Positions 1-14,200 of a DNA stretch of 64,000 bases are shown piece by piece (positions within the stretch are counted from its first letter, which is position 1; each line of letters opens with the position of its first letter). The stretch covers positions 248,001-312,000 of the forward strand of contig JAQGDQ010002372.1 of NCBI GenBank assembly GCA_030141605.1. Reading direction: 5' to 3'. This DNA is from Tubiluchus corallicola. Lineage: Eukaryota; Animalia; Priapulida. The notes under the pieces are model-generated. The model ran no database searches, had not been told where the DNA came from, and worked only from the letters and a program-made list of their open reading frames with translations. A program made the translations under genes and the position numbers.

Positions 1-11
1 GCCTCGAATCT

Positions 12-43
<32 letters not shown>

Positions 44-869
44 TATTAAGCCCATACCAAGAATATTAATATAAGAGACTAGCAAAGGCCCCGCAAAAGA
101 TTTTGCGTAAAAAACCACGTATAATCAATAACACGCGAACATCCTACACAGTCCTCATGTATAACGCAAAGCCCGTAACATCCTGCCTACTTACCTAACG
201 CAAAGCCAGCAGCGTTTACTCCTGCCTACTGTATGCTGCAAAGCAGCTTTTTGCTGAATTAAAGTTATAGACAGAGTACAATGGATGACGTCAGAACAAT
301 GGAATGCGGTCAGCAGTTTTCTAAGCGAAAATTGTCGAAATTTGCGGAAAATAGAACATGTAATTAACTCATTGATACTCCTCTCGGTGGACCTGCCCTA
401 AAATATAACCTACATCATCGTGTAGCCCTGTCCTTCCTCTTTGTAAAGAGCTATATATCTCCTTCCGAGAGTCCCACCGGGCGACGCTAGAACGTTTTTC
501 CCGCATGCTGTTTGGTCAAAATTTCGAAAAAATCGCGAGTTGGGTCCGGGAAAACGCCCGTTGCGGGGCGCGGTGGTCCTCTCGGGAATTCTAAATATGC
601 CTACTACACCCACCGCTGAACGGGCTATCTATCCATACCCAGCACCACCCTCGGCCCATTCCAGTTCTTCAGAAATAAGAGGTATAAGTTTTGCAAAAAA
701 CGGCCGAAAAATGGCCATTTTTGGAGGTTTTTCGCCCCCCCCCCTTCCTCCCGGTGGGCCCGATTCGAAAAAAATAAACCATCAATGGCACAACACTAGA
801 TCGAGACCTTTCGTTTGATGTATAGATCGCCGCAAATGGTGCCGTCGTCGAAGCTGTAGCCTCGAATCT

Positions 870-901
<32 letters not shown>

Positions 902-3187
902 TATTAAGCCCATACCAAGAATATTAATATAAGAGACTAGCAAAGGCCCCGCAAAAGATTTTGCGTAAAAAACCACGTATAATCAATAACACGCGAACAT
1001 CCTACACAGTCCTCATGTATAACGCAAAGCCCGTAACATCCTGCCTACTTACCTAACGCAAAGCCAGCAGCGTTTACTCCTGCCTACTGTATGTTGCAAA
1101 GCAGCTTTTTGCTGAATTAAAGTTATAGACACAGTGGATGACGTCAGCACAATGGAATGCGTCTGCCTTTGCGTCAGCAATTTTCTAAGCGAAAATCGCC
1201 GAAAATGGAACCTCTAACTAACTCGTTGATACTCCTCTCGGTGGACCTGCCCTAAAATATAACCTACATCATCGTGTAGCCCTGTCCTTCCTCTTTGTAA
1301 AGAGCTATATATCTCCTTCCGAGAGTCCCACCGGGCGACGCTAGAACGTTTTTCCCGCAGGCTGTTTGGTCAAAATTTCGAAAAAATCGCGAGTTGGGTC
1401 CGGGAAAACGCCCGTTGCGGGGCGCCGTGGCCCTCTCGGGAATTCTAAATATGCCTACTACACCCACCGCTGAACGGGCTATCTATCCATACCCAGCACC
1501 ACCCTCGATCCGTTCCCGTTCTTCAGAAATAAGAGGTATAAGTTTTGCAAAAAACGGCCGAAAAATGGCCATTTTTGGAGGTTTTTCGCCCCCCCTTCCT
1601 CGCGGTGGGCCCGATTCGAAAAATAAACCATCAATGGCACAACACTAGATCGAGACCTTTCGTTTGATGTATAGATCGCCGCAAATGGTGCCGTCGTCAA
1701 AGCTGTAGCCTCGAATCTTATATATATATATATATATATAAATAAATATATTAAGCCTATACCAAGAATATTAATATAAGAGACTAGCAAAGGCCCCGCA
1801 AAAAATTTTGCGTATAAATTTACACGTATAATCAAAAATACACAAACATCCTACCTACTGTTTGTCTGTTTATCTAATGCAAAGCCGCTTTTACTGAATT
1901 AAAGTTATAAGATTATAGACAGAGTACAATGGATGACGTCACAACAATGGCATTGCGTCAGCAGTTTTCTAAGCGAAAATTGCCGAAAATAGAACATCTA
2001 ATTAACTCGTCGGTACTCCTCTCAGTGGACCTGCCCCAAAATATAGCCCACATCATCGTGTAGCCCCGTTCTTCCTCTTTCTGATGAGCCATATATTTCC
2101 TTCCGAGAGTCCCACCAGGCGTCGCTAGAACGTTTTTTCCGCAGGCTGTTTGGTCAAAATTTCGAAAAAAATTTGCAAAAAACGGCCAAAAATGGCCATT
2201 TTTGGGCTTTTTTCGCCCCCCCTTCCTTCCGGTGGGCCCAATTCGAAAAATAAACCATCAATGGCATGACACTAGATCGGGACCTTTCGTTTGATGTATA
2301 GATCGCCGCAAATGGTGCCCTTGTCGAAGCTGTAGCCTGGAATCTTATATCTAAATATGTATATTAAGATACCAAGAATATTAATATACTAGCAAAGGCC
2401 CCGCAAAAGATTTTGCGTATAAATACACATGTGATCAATAATACACGAACATCCTACACAGTCCTCATTTATAACACAAAGCCCGTAACATCCTGCCTAC
2501 TTACCTAACGCAAAGCCAGCAGGTAGCTTTTACTGAATTAAAGTTATAGACAGAGTACAGCAGGCAGCTACTGTATGTCTGTTTATCTAACCCAAAGCAG
2601 CTTTTTGCTGAATTAAAGCTATAAGCAATAATGGATGACGTCAGAACAATGGAATGCGGTCAGCAGTTTTCTAAGCGAAAATTGTCGAAATTTGCGGAAA
2701 ATAGAACATGTAATTAACTCGTTGATACTCCTCTCGGTGGACCTGCCCTAAAATATAACCTACATCATCGTGTAGCCCTGTCCTTCCTCTTTGTAAAGAG
2801 CTATATATCTCCTTCCGAGAGTCCCACCGGGCGACGCTAGAACGTTTTTCCCGCATGCTGTTTGGTTAAAATTTCGAAAAAATCGCGAGTTGGGTCCGGG
2901 AAAACGCCCGTTGCGGGGCGCCCTGGCCCTCTCGCGAATTCTAAATATGCCTACTACACCCAACGCTGAACGGGCTATCTATCCATAGCCAGCACCATCC
3001 TCGGCTCGTTTCCGTTCTCCAGATCTCAGACGTATACGTTTTGCAAAAACGGTCGAAAATAGTCATTTTTGGAGGTTTTTCGCCCCCCGTTCCTCGCGGT
3101 GGGCCGGATTCGAAAAATAAACCCCCAATGGCACGACACTAGATCGACACTATATATATAACATACCAAGAATATCAATATATGCGA
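1..3187 (-). mobile_element. Head-to-tail tandem array of non-autonomous Helitron-like elements (units 79-936, 937-1783, 1784-2388, 2389-3187; array continues left of window)
   Basis: On the minus strand each unit ends in hairpin CGCAAAA-TC-TTTTGCG, then GGGCCTTTG, then CTAG (CTAG at 79, 937, 1784, 2389). The next unit starts immediately with TC(TCTTATATTAATATTCTTGG) at the first three junctions; the TC is lost at 2389. The rightmost unit begins A|TC at 3188/3187. No TIR or TSD and no RepHel ORF. Confidence 0.8.
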
Positions 3188-4675
3188 TAACAACCTTACG
3201 ACAGTTTTATGAATTCGAATTAACAGCGAAGTTGTGACAACTTGTGCCCAAAGACAGCTACTTAAGGATTACGACACTGTCTTAGAGGTGTTGTAAGACA
3301 ATGCATTAAGTGTATAAATTTACGATGCGTACATGAATCTGGCCCCTGGAACGGATCTTCAACCACTTAGAAGGCACTTAGGCAAGACTTATCTTTCTGA
3401 ACAGCTCTACATTATGGAATACGTCACAGAGAATGCACAGTTTAGACAATAACACATTCTGTACCGTATCTGTCCATTTTCCATATTTGCAATCATAATT
3501 TTTTACCATTTATTGGACTACGTAGTCTTCTAAATGCTCATGAAAGACAAAACAGAAACAGACAACGTTGCTACTATTTACCACGATCACATTGTAATAT
3601 ATGTATTTTAAGTCCTGTTCACCTTCCAGAAACAAATATGAAATAGTAGTTAAACCAACAGAATTTCTGAAATCTGTTAAAATTTTTATTCCAATTTTTT
3701 TTCCAAAAATGATTTATATTTGTGATCTATGAGACTAATAAACAATCTTCTGAATTATGCTATTCATGTAAAATTCTCAAGTCTGTAAATACTATGCAGA
3801 TTTATAAATTATTAGCTAAATGCATTATAAGATTTTTCCATTATCTAACATGATAACTGACGACAATGCAACATAGTTTGATTAGAATTGACAAAAAAGT
3901 AAAATCATCAATGCATAATAGATGGTCCAGAAAAAGGACTTACATAGATTAACTGATTTTTATATAATACAACTCACTTTTAAAATCAAACAGATTTTTA
4001 AATTAAATTAAAATTTAACAGTTAACATACGTTACTTTTGCATAAAAACATGAAAATAGAAGATAATATTGCTTCAGATGTTTACAAATAAAATTTGCCA
4101 AACGTAACAATTAAAACTACAAAGTTCTCAATAGAGGGACATAATTGCCCCTGTTAATCATAATTCTAGCAAATAATCACTTTTAAACTTCTAACTCATC
4201 AAAACAGGTTCTGGTAGAGCTTTTTTTAGTGATAATTACTTGTGATCTTGTTACATTTCAGTTGAAAGACACAATCAAACGTCAAAAGCACTACCATCAG
4301 TTCAAAGTCCATTACAAAAATGTTGCCCATCTTGCACCATTTTCATGTTACAATGCATTTACAGGTAGTGATTATGAGTATAGCACTATTTAACATAAAT
4401 TCAAGGTAGAAATGACATAAAAAACTCAATATGAAGAGTGGATACATAGACAGTAATTTTTCGTATGCATAATGAGCAGAATTTTGAGCAGATTTGCTAA
4501 TTTGACATTTTTGCTTTGCAGTAATTCATATTATGTAATAGTCAATTTTTCTGTACAGCTAGCAGATATCAAAAAAGAACAAATCTTTCTAACTCTAAAA
4601 ACAATGAAGCTTTTTACATGTATGAGATGACACGTTCATATCCTGACGTTGAGGTTTTACTATCAATAATGGCTC

Positions 4676-5227
4676 CTATATATTTACTGAGTTTTCTGAT
4701 GTACAGTCACCACAAATCAGAAGCCTTTTTGCACTGAAGCAGCCCGATAATTTGTTACCTGATCATTTACACACAGGTAAATCAAAGACTATCTTACTAG
4801 TAGAAGACTTATCCATATAATTAGACCATGTGCCATTCATTAGATCAAAAATACCTGCAAGAACAAACACATTCTAGAGCAGGATTCACCAAAAGAACAA
4901 ACACATATATGTACAGTTTTTTACGACAGCCTTCACCAAGTGATCTATATATTTACTGAATTTGCTGATGTACAGTCACCACAAATCAGAAGCCTTTTTG
5001 AGCTGAAGCAACCCAATAATTTGTTACCTGATCATTTACCCATGGGTAAATCAAAGACTACCACTGGTCCTTTACTGGAAGATGCCTTATCCATATAAAT
5101 AGACCATTTACCATTCATTAGATCAAAAATACCTGCAAGAACAAACACATTCTACAGCAGGATTCACTAAATGAACAAACACATATATGTACAGTTTTTA
5201 ACGACAGCCGTCAGCAAGTGATCTATA
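4676..5227. repeat. ~270-280 bp direct tandem duplication containing the terminal coding exon of the tan-like gene
   Basis: 4676-4944 and 4945-5227 align closely (ctatatatttactga...gtacagtcaccacaaatcagaagcc...tagatcaaaaatacctgcaagaacaaacacattc...gtgatctata). Confidence 0.93.
4763..4854 (-). CDS. Second (distal) copy of the tan-like terminal coding exon; possible alternative last exon
   Basis: Intact TTGCAG acceptor in the same phase; encodes (G)IFDLMNGTWSNYMDKSSTSKIVFDLPVCK* versus (G)IFDLMNGKWSIYMDKASSSKGPVVVFDLPMGK* in the proximal copy. Confidence 0.55.
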
Positions 5228-8200
5228 CGGACAGTTCCCAAAAAATGCCTCTGGCCATCCATGTGCCTGTAAACAGAACACAGATAGTCACCCATTTTTT
5301 TCGTGTGACACTACTATTACAAGAGAAAAATGGATTACCAGTATTATAACTGTTTGCACTTAAACTAGAAAAGAGTTTGATCTAAACCAACAATGAAGAC
5401 ACTACACTGTACTTTATGTTTCCACTGTAAAAATCAGGCTGCAGAACTACGTTTCTCTGTTTTTAATACAGCACTCTGAAAGCCAAAATCTAGTGTTAAA
5501 TCCAAACACATTATCATTTCTCTAGGTTAGACACACAAGTGCCATAGTTTCAATGAGATAAATAGCCATGCGTAATATAGCAAATAAAGTACTAGAGAAT
5601 ACAACTAAGACTTTGAACATGATCAGTCAGATGACATTAAAAAAAGGCAATAATCTACAACCCATCTTCTGAACAAGGAGTTTTTTAATTCTGTTCCTTT
5701 GTTGTTTAAACAATTTACATTATACATATCTTTAAGATTCATGAGCCCTTATGTAAACCATACTGAGAAAACTTGGTACATGCACACAGTATGCAGGTAT
5801 AGCAGATTAGGGAAAATGTCATTCGACTGCAGCAATGAAGTAATTGCTATTTTATATGATACCATACAAACTATATCATGGTGCTGAGTATGCTTCCTTA
5901 TTTAATGCTGAGCTAGTACACTAAATTCGACTGTCGGATTGCATGCAATCATTCTACAGATTACCTGCTTTTTATGACATATTATCATCATAATTATTTA
6001 TATAAGGAAACTGTTTCTGGCATGTTAGCAAATCTAAAGTAATAGTAAGTGACAGAAGGTTGTGAAATGTCTCCATCGTATTGTCAACTTGACACTTAAC
6101 TTCAGAAAAACACTTTGCACGTGCACATTAAGATTCAACAAACGGTTTGAAAATCCCCGGAACAGCAAAAAGATACACAATTAAGAAACAAACCAGTGCA
6201 GAGCGTCACAGACTTCATCGGATGGTGACGTTGATGGCGAAAAATTGGGTAGTCCAGATGCGAGGTATCACTAAGCATAGCTTTAATGTCATCAACAGAT
6301 GTCACCCCAGGAAGCTCTTCGATTTTTGCAGCTCTCATTTTAGATGACTGCTGCTTACCCTTTTCTACAAGTCGTATTCGTCTATACCTTTAAAACAACT
6401 TCCATTTTAGATTTCAAAGAATTATTAAGAAGTACGAAAAATTAATAAGTTAAAAGATAAAACAGCAAACTGTAACGTGCTGTTGATTGACATATAGCAT
6501 TGCAGAGGGATGTTAGTACAGAATGTCAGCAACATAGATATATGCACCAAAGTTACACTACTTAATTACACACTGTAATGTGCGGACAGCACATTTAGGC
6601 ATGGCCATTTGGGCATTGGAAAAATTAGGTGCCAGACACTTGGGCACTGACTTGTTTAGACATTTTTGTACCATTGCAGGTACACTTAATTGTGCGGTTA
6701 GATCCAATAAAACTCGACCATGCAAGGATACCGTAACATCATTTCTGTGTTGCACTACAAATCACATTGCCTAGCAGCCTAGACTTGTGTGGGAATCCTT
6801 GTCCTTTGCCTAACTGGTGATTGCCGATTGAACCCATTAACTGATGGGTATAGTATTACTGCTGTCATCAGCTTACTATGCACTGCAAAGGCTTTTAACT
6901 AATTTTAGAAAAGAAGTTATGCCTAAATTACTTTGTGCAGTTAAAAATTAGAAAAAAATATTTTAAAATATTAATTTATATAAGTGAATTAACAATAAAT
7001 TAAAAAGTATAGTTTTCTAAATCGTACTGCTCTAAAATTTTCAAATTCTCCTTAACTGTTAGATCTTTATGTTTATGCTCCATTTTTCAAATTTTTAACT
7101 CTATTCCTTTGTTTGCTGCATGCTTACTCTTGTAAGTCACAAGGAATACTGGCTGATTACTGTACCTGCATCTATGATTATCAAAAGGAAACTGCTAGGC
7201 AAGTGATTAAATGTTTAGCTTCCAGAAATTCTTTGGGTAATGAGGTTAAGTGCAGTGGATGAGCAGGTAACAGATTCAAAGCCAAATCTCTACGCCAGCG
7301 TATTAGCGCATAATAAACATACCTGTTTACAAACAAAACGGTACTTAACAGGATTTGTTTACACATATATAATAGACAAAAGGGAAGTCAAGATGACATA
7401 AAAGTAGGAAAGGCTGTTTGGGCACAAACAAATATCTTATTTTAAGTAAGTGAAGGAAAAATAATTGAGTTAATTAAGCGAAGTTATTTGAGTCAATTAC
7501 CAATAGTTCTTATGTATGTTTGAACAGAAGTGGCCCATTCCAGGCGTTTTTGAGCCAATTAAGTGATTGAGTCTATTAACCATGAGTCTATTAAGTGGTG
7601 ACTACTATATATATGTATAAGATTCGCGGCAGCTACAGCTCCAACAATGGCACCATTTGTGATGATCTATATATCAAACGAAGGTCTCAATCTAGAATCA
7701 TCTCAGTGGGGTTTATTTTTCGAATCATGCCCACCGTGACAAACAGGGAACAAAAAACTTCGAAAATGGTCCTTTTATGCCTGTTTTTTGCTAAACTTAT
7801 ACCTCTCATTTCTGGAGAACGAGAATGGACCGGGACTGGTGCAGGTAATAGTTTATAGCCAGTTCAATGGTGGGTGTAGTAGGTGTATTTAGAATTCGCG
7901 GGAAGGCCATGGCGCCAAGCGATGGGCATTTTCCCGGACCCAACCATGCAAATTTTGCAGAAAGCTGCTTAAACAGCCTCTGGAAAAATTCAATTGGTGC
8001 AACTGTCTGAGTATGTTGAAAAAAATAAGTACACTTGCAGAAAGAGGACGAAACAGTCTACAAAATGTTGAAGGTTTCACCAGGAGAAATGTCCAATAGA
8101 TGAAATGGGAAGTGTGTATTTATTTCAAGGTCCTTTTTAACCCCCCCCCTTACTGCATGCTATTTGGAACACCCATTGTCTTTGAGTCAGAAATTTCGAG

Positions 8201-11200
8201 GCTGTTCTGGGCAGTGTTCTCACCCGCCATTCTACTGTGTCATATTATAAGTAAGTTCTGTTAGCCTAATATTGCATGAGATGCAGTTAGCAAAACTATG
8301 TGAAATGACTGCATATTATTGATCATTTGCTATAGGCACACAGTTTCAACTTTATACAAAATGTTTTGCATGGTTTCACCATGATGCTCTGCTGTTGGTG
8401 TTGGTGTTGTAGCTGTCGTCATCGTTGGTGTCATCATAGTCGTCATCAACATCATGAACACCATGTGATGTGGTGGATTTGGTGGTGTGTGTGATGAGTG
8501 TGCCGCGGATGGTGTGGCGGGGTGGTAGGATGTGTGTGGTGTTGATAGAGTGGTGTAGTGGGTGTAGTGTAGTCTTGTCTGAGTGACATGGTGTGGTGTA
8601 GTATTGAAGTGGGTGGTGTGTTGTGACTGGTATGGTGGGTTGGTGTGGTGTGGATGGAATGATTTGGGTGGCACGGTGTAGAGCGGTGTGGTGTGGGTAG
8701 TGTTGGTGTAGTGTGTTGTGAGTGGTATGGTGGGTGGTGTGGTGCAGGTGGTGTGCTATGAGTGGTGTGGCGTATTGGTGTGGTGTGAGTTGTTGTGTGC
8801 AAAATTCTTTTTGCGGGGTTTGGGTAGTCATGTAATTAAAACTGGAAATATCTACAACATGATGCAGTTAGCATAAAAACACAGCAGCTGAGGACATGTA
8901 TAATCATACATGTTGCAAAAGATATAGCAAAAGCACTTACAATAATCATTGATCTTGATATCGATAACAATGCGTCATTTAATTGGCTCACAAACTGATC
9001 TAACTGGTTGTTTTTAAGTTGGCAGCTAGTATAAGCAACTAATGAACTAACAGCATATTATTAAAGCACAGCACTCAATGAATGAAGATGTTCTGTTGTT
9101 ATAATACCATTAAATTACTGCACCAGCTGAGTGATATTAAATTCTTGTAAAAGAATTTTTATGTGAAGCACATTTTAGTTTTTTATTGTTTTGCGATGCA
9201 CTTGATATTTGTAATATAAAATGTTGTCACACACTAATAAAATGCCATGTAAACTTGCGGTGTCTTCTACTTCGTTCATTTTAAAAGCTACTACACATAA
9301 TGCTGAATTACAGTGCACAGTTAAGTAAGTGATTTAAATTGTTACATCCCATATTATTGCAAATGTTTAATTAAGTGAAGCAATGATTTTAAAAGTATTG
9401 TAAAAGTTAATAAAATAGTGAACTAATGAAAACCTAATTGACAGAAATAAACAATTGAGCATAATATTAAATTTTATTGTTGCCTAGATGTTATATGCCG
9501 AAAAACTAACACCTCCCCCCCCCCCCAAATACCACATACTCTATTATACGCATCTTGCAGCAATATGGGGAATCACTAATACTGTTTTATGGGCTCCAAA
9601 TTCAGAAACTTCATGGCACAGAAAAAGATGGAATTATGTGCATGAGCCTAAATTTAGAAGACTGATTAAGTTCATTACGTATTGCAGTGGTATCTAGTCG
9701 CACTGTGTGGTTGTTCTTCTATCACTTGAATATCAATCCTTGAATTCTTGTCACCTTCAGGGGGATAAGCAACTTCATAATTGATGATTTTCTTATTTGC
9801 ACAATCTGCCAAATTCACGCTGCAAATAAGTACCACAAAAAGAGTTGTTACATGGTTTAACAATGCTTGTCTAAATAAGAAAAGTTTTCAACCCAAAAAG
9901 GCATATCACCATTTGCAAACTCAATACAGTGAATAATAATGTGAATTTAGTACAAGTAGTAGTAGCAGCAGCAGCAGGAGCAGTAGCAGTAGTTATTAAT
10001 TGTAACAATGAATCATTATAAGCAGAATGATTTTACAGTCCAGTACAATAAGATAAACAAATACAATTGACCAAGCAAACACTACTACATAAACGGAGAA
10101 GAGAAACTAAACTTGTGTGTATATTAGTTTTCCAACAACATAAAGCAACATCTAATAGTCATTGTTACAAGCTTTAGACTACAAATAAATAAATTTGTCA
10201 AATCTCATTCAGGATAATCCTGGCACACATTCTCTGTATCAATACATTCACAAATGAAATTATATTATATTTGCACTAAACACTCCAGCAAATATTATAC
10301 ACATGCTACATGCACACTATGTAAACTATGTTAAGTAATGTTACAATCTCACATAAAAATCTCAAAGCTGTAGCATCCTGCATGATTAATCAGGAAAATA
10401 GGAACAGTTGTTAAATCAATGACAAAACTGAACTCATTTGTTACATTGGTGAAATAATTACTTGCAAAGCAAGGAAAACAATTTAAAGGTTTACTAAGCT
10501 ACAGGCCTACTTTTTATACTCCTTATATTGACGTTTCTATCTTGTTCAGTAAAGTAGTGTAGTATGCAGATCCTGTATGCTGTTAGTAGTAGCATTAGAG
10601 TTTGCATGGAATGAAATACACAGACAAAATGCAAATGTACGAAACTTTAGTACAGCTGGAGTAATTTACCTCACAGTTCACGCTATTAAAAAACTGAACA
10701 AAAGGTTTGAATATATTCAGTTTGAAACTGAATAAAAGGTTTTCCAACTTTAATAAAAGTTTATTTATCTAGCTTTTGTGTTTTTACTGTTAAGCAATAA
10801 AGTAAAGTAAAAAAGTACTAACTTGCAATAGTTTTACAAGGAATGACAAAAAGACACCCAAAAGTATTGGCTAGGAAAGTCCATGGAAACACAATAATTT
10901 TTTTTCATTTTCTTGGCATGTATTTGTCTATTTACATATACTGAATAATGACATTGTAAAACATGTATTAATTATCAATCATGTTAAACCTTTTATTAAA
11001 CCACTTTGACTAGTCCTGCAACAATTCTTTCTATATTTACCCATTTGTATTTGTCATTTATAAGTTTTGAAGAAACTTACTGCAATTCAAAATAAACTTG
11101 ACATGTTCTAATCTCAGTCTAATCTCAGTCTGCTTTATGTCATTCTTGTATGCTTACTTGCGGTCCAATAACACAGAATCAAGAAAATCAGTAGTACAGA

Positions 11201-14200
11201 AGCTAAAACTCACCTAATTCCACGGGCAACAGCAGTATTCTTTAAAATGACATCAACATCGTTTATACACTTAGCAGCAAGAAGAGCTCTTGTCACAAAA
11301 ACAGATGCTGTAAAGAAACAAAAAAATTTTAGAATAAGCCTGAAAAGATACAGAGTGATTTTTATTAAAAGTAGGTAGTGATTACAACTCATGTTTAGTT
11401 ATAAAAATCAATTTTCAAGCAAAATGATGCTTACGAATTTTTCCTCGGGCAAAACCTTTAGGTGCCATCGTATTTATGGTATAGATAACTCCATACTTGT
11501 TGAAGCTCATGCAATAACCAGGAAGAAATCCAGGATATATAAATGAAGTAAAATTTTCTTCAACCACAGCAAACTTTCCCCTTGGTGATGAGCTTATTAT
11601 ATGTGCCTGGACCACCGCACAATTGTACTCAAATGCCAAGCATGCATCTTCTGTATGACCCATACCAAGCTGTAAACATATAATATACATACGTGGAGAA
11701 GGGTTCAAAAGGTATGCTTCTCCCTTCTCTCATAACAATCGCTGCTTTTATTAGTAAGACTTACGTAACTGCTAAAAAAATTTTAAGTTAGCAACTCTTG
11801 TATATGTTCCATATATGCAACACTTCCGTATTTGCAAATAACTGTTACTAAAAAATAAATTACGGTATCTAATGTAATACCAGCAGGAATACAGAGAATT
11901 TGTGTGGACTCTGTATAAAATAACCATGAAAAAACTATGCCAAACAAACAGGATAATGCACTTGTTTTTCTAAAATTGCAAAGTTTTGTTAATATTCACA
12001 CAAGAAACAGAAGATGTTCACACATTTCTACAAAGAACTTGTCCACCAGAAATGAAATGAAAATAGCGATAATTGCACTTTCGGATAAGTTTCGATTACG
12101 GCGAAATTTATTAAATTTCGTAGTGGAAATTTCCGATAATTTTCCATAGCATTTTCTGTGCTTTTACTAGTACTTATCCAATTTATCTTTTGTTTTCTCC
12201 TAGTTATGAAAAATTGCTGAAAAATCTTGGCTAAATTAGTTCAAATAAAGCAAAAATTTCGTTTGTATAACATTTTGTGATATGCTTTTACCGGCAATGC
12301 AGCATGTCTTCAGTGCTGATGACTACAAAGTTTTAGGGTCTCCAGGCCCAATCAACCGAAATACCACATTTGAATTTACTTAGCAAAATCACGTTTTTTT
12401 TATAATTTGTGAAATATCTACAAATTAAAGTTTGTTTATTTTTAACGAAAAGTTAAGATATTTAAATATTAATCATTAAGGATACTTAAATAAAAAGATA
12501 TTATAACACATTTCTAAGGTAAGCCACTCCATCAAACTTGAGGTTCTATACTATAAAACATCTTTGTCCTTTTTGTATTAGAATTTTTCATCAGTAATTT
12601 TGCATCACAGCAAATGAAAGCAAACAAACAAAAAACAAATTTTTTTATTTATTTTAGAGTTTTTTTAAGCTTTAATAGTAGTTAGTTTTGCAAAAATGTT
12701 TTGGTAATCTATGTTTCATAAATTTCGGTCTGTAAGTTCAGTTTCGGTAACATCCCTGTTGTCCACCATAAATAACTGAAACATTAAGTTCATTGCTTAT
12801 TAGTACTTTACGGTAGTTGAGAGGATGCTGTTAAGAATGCATACGTATCAATGATGTTCACTGTTCAAGAACAGTCCTTCAAAGATTTACGATGTCACTG
12901 TGACGACCACTGGCACCATTTTTGACTGTCTATGGTGTATTGTATAAAAGAATAAATAGTTTTGTCAGGAATGCAAAATAGGCGTTGCCTTTTACTTTAT
13001 CCGAGCACGCCAGAGTTCATCACATGTGGATAAAAACAATTTTTAATACTAATTTTTTAAGGCAAGGGGTTTTTATCCAGACTTTTTTAACGAGGGTCCT
13101 AGTAGTTTGATTAAAACTGATGCTATTTTAGGCCATTATAATTTGTACTTAGAAATGACGAGGACGAACAGGAGGACAAACAAACGTTATTGCTTTTTTT
13201 ATAAAAAAAACGTGTAAAAATTATTTAGTGGCAATTTCAAAAATAATATTTCTACAAATCACTTACATACATACATATAACGAAAGAATTCAGTTAACCC
13301 CATCCCAGGTATAATAGGAAGAGAGGAGAGGATAATTACCGAAGAGTTCCATTGTCGCTGCAGCTGTACCAATGGGCTAGCCTCAGGTCGTGATACCGTG
13401 GGTCCAGTTATCCAGGATCACATCTCAAGAATCAAGAAACCACACTGCTGGGGCTCACGCATTGCAGACTCCACCACCAGAGGGTTAGAAACAAGGATCC
13501 AGGGTCTCGAAACGTCTCCGTTTACTCCTATACTGTAGGAGTCAGCAAATGACGGAGGAAAGGAGAAAAGTTCCTCGTTCCCAGTCTTCAACTAGGCAAC
13601 CTCCTTAGGCAGTTCCAAACTCCACCCAACAACCGTCATGATCTACGTGGCCAGATTACGAACACGACGAAGTTTCCTGCAAACTAGTAACACTGCCTAG
13701 GAACCGTCTGGTTTCCTCTCAGAGAAATTTGATTACACTGAGAACACCAAAACTAGCGAACTCATTATGAGATCTCAAAAGTTATGAGATCTCAAACTTG
13801 CTGCCACAAAACGTGTGCTTCCAACGCAGCTTAAAAACCCGTAATGGCGGCAATAAGGAAAAATCACGGTTCAATGCTTTTCCAGGAGCGCGAAAATTAT
13901 CCTGTAACCATTCAAGACATGTGACAGGAAGATCGCCATCAAACAGGGAAAAGGGGAGAGGTATTAAAGGATGGGCAGAAAACCAACCCAAACATAAAAC
14001 AGAAATGAATATTTTATTTGGAGTACAAAATGAACTTTAGCATAATTTTAATACGGACGAGGACGTCTGTGACGTCACAGTCACATATACTACAATTTAC
14101 CTGCCCTGGGCTATTCAAGTACACATCTGTACAACCAGCTATACCATGACTCTCAGGAGCATGTTTTGATATCTTTGTAGATTTATCCAAGTCAAGTGGA

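Noticed and set aside
410-2963. Repeated 67-118 aa ORFs in the left-end array
   Set aside because: They overlap on both strands, recur only because the unit is repeated, are broken in unit 3, and show no recognisable domain.
8330-8831. His/Thr/Pro-rich ORFs (also 19940-20954) as histidine-rich proteins
   Set aside because: They are open in several frames because CAC-rich sequence lacks stops, and they lie within Helitron-associated repeats, one of them in a tan intron.
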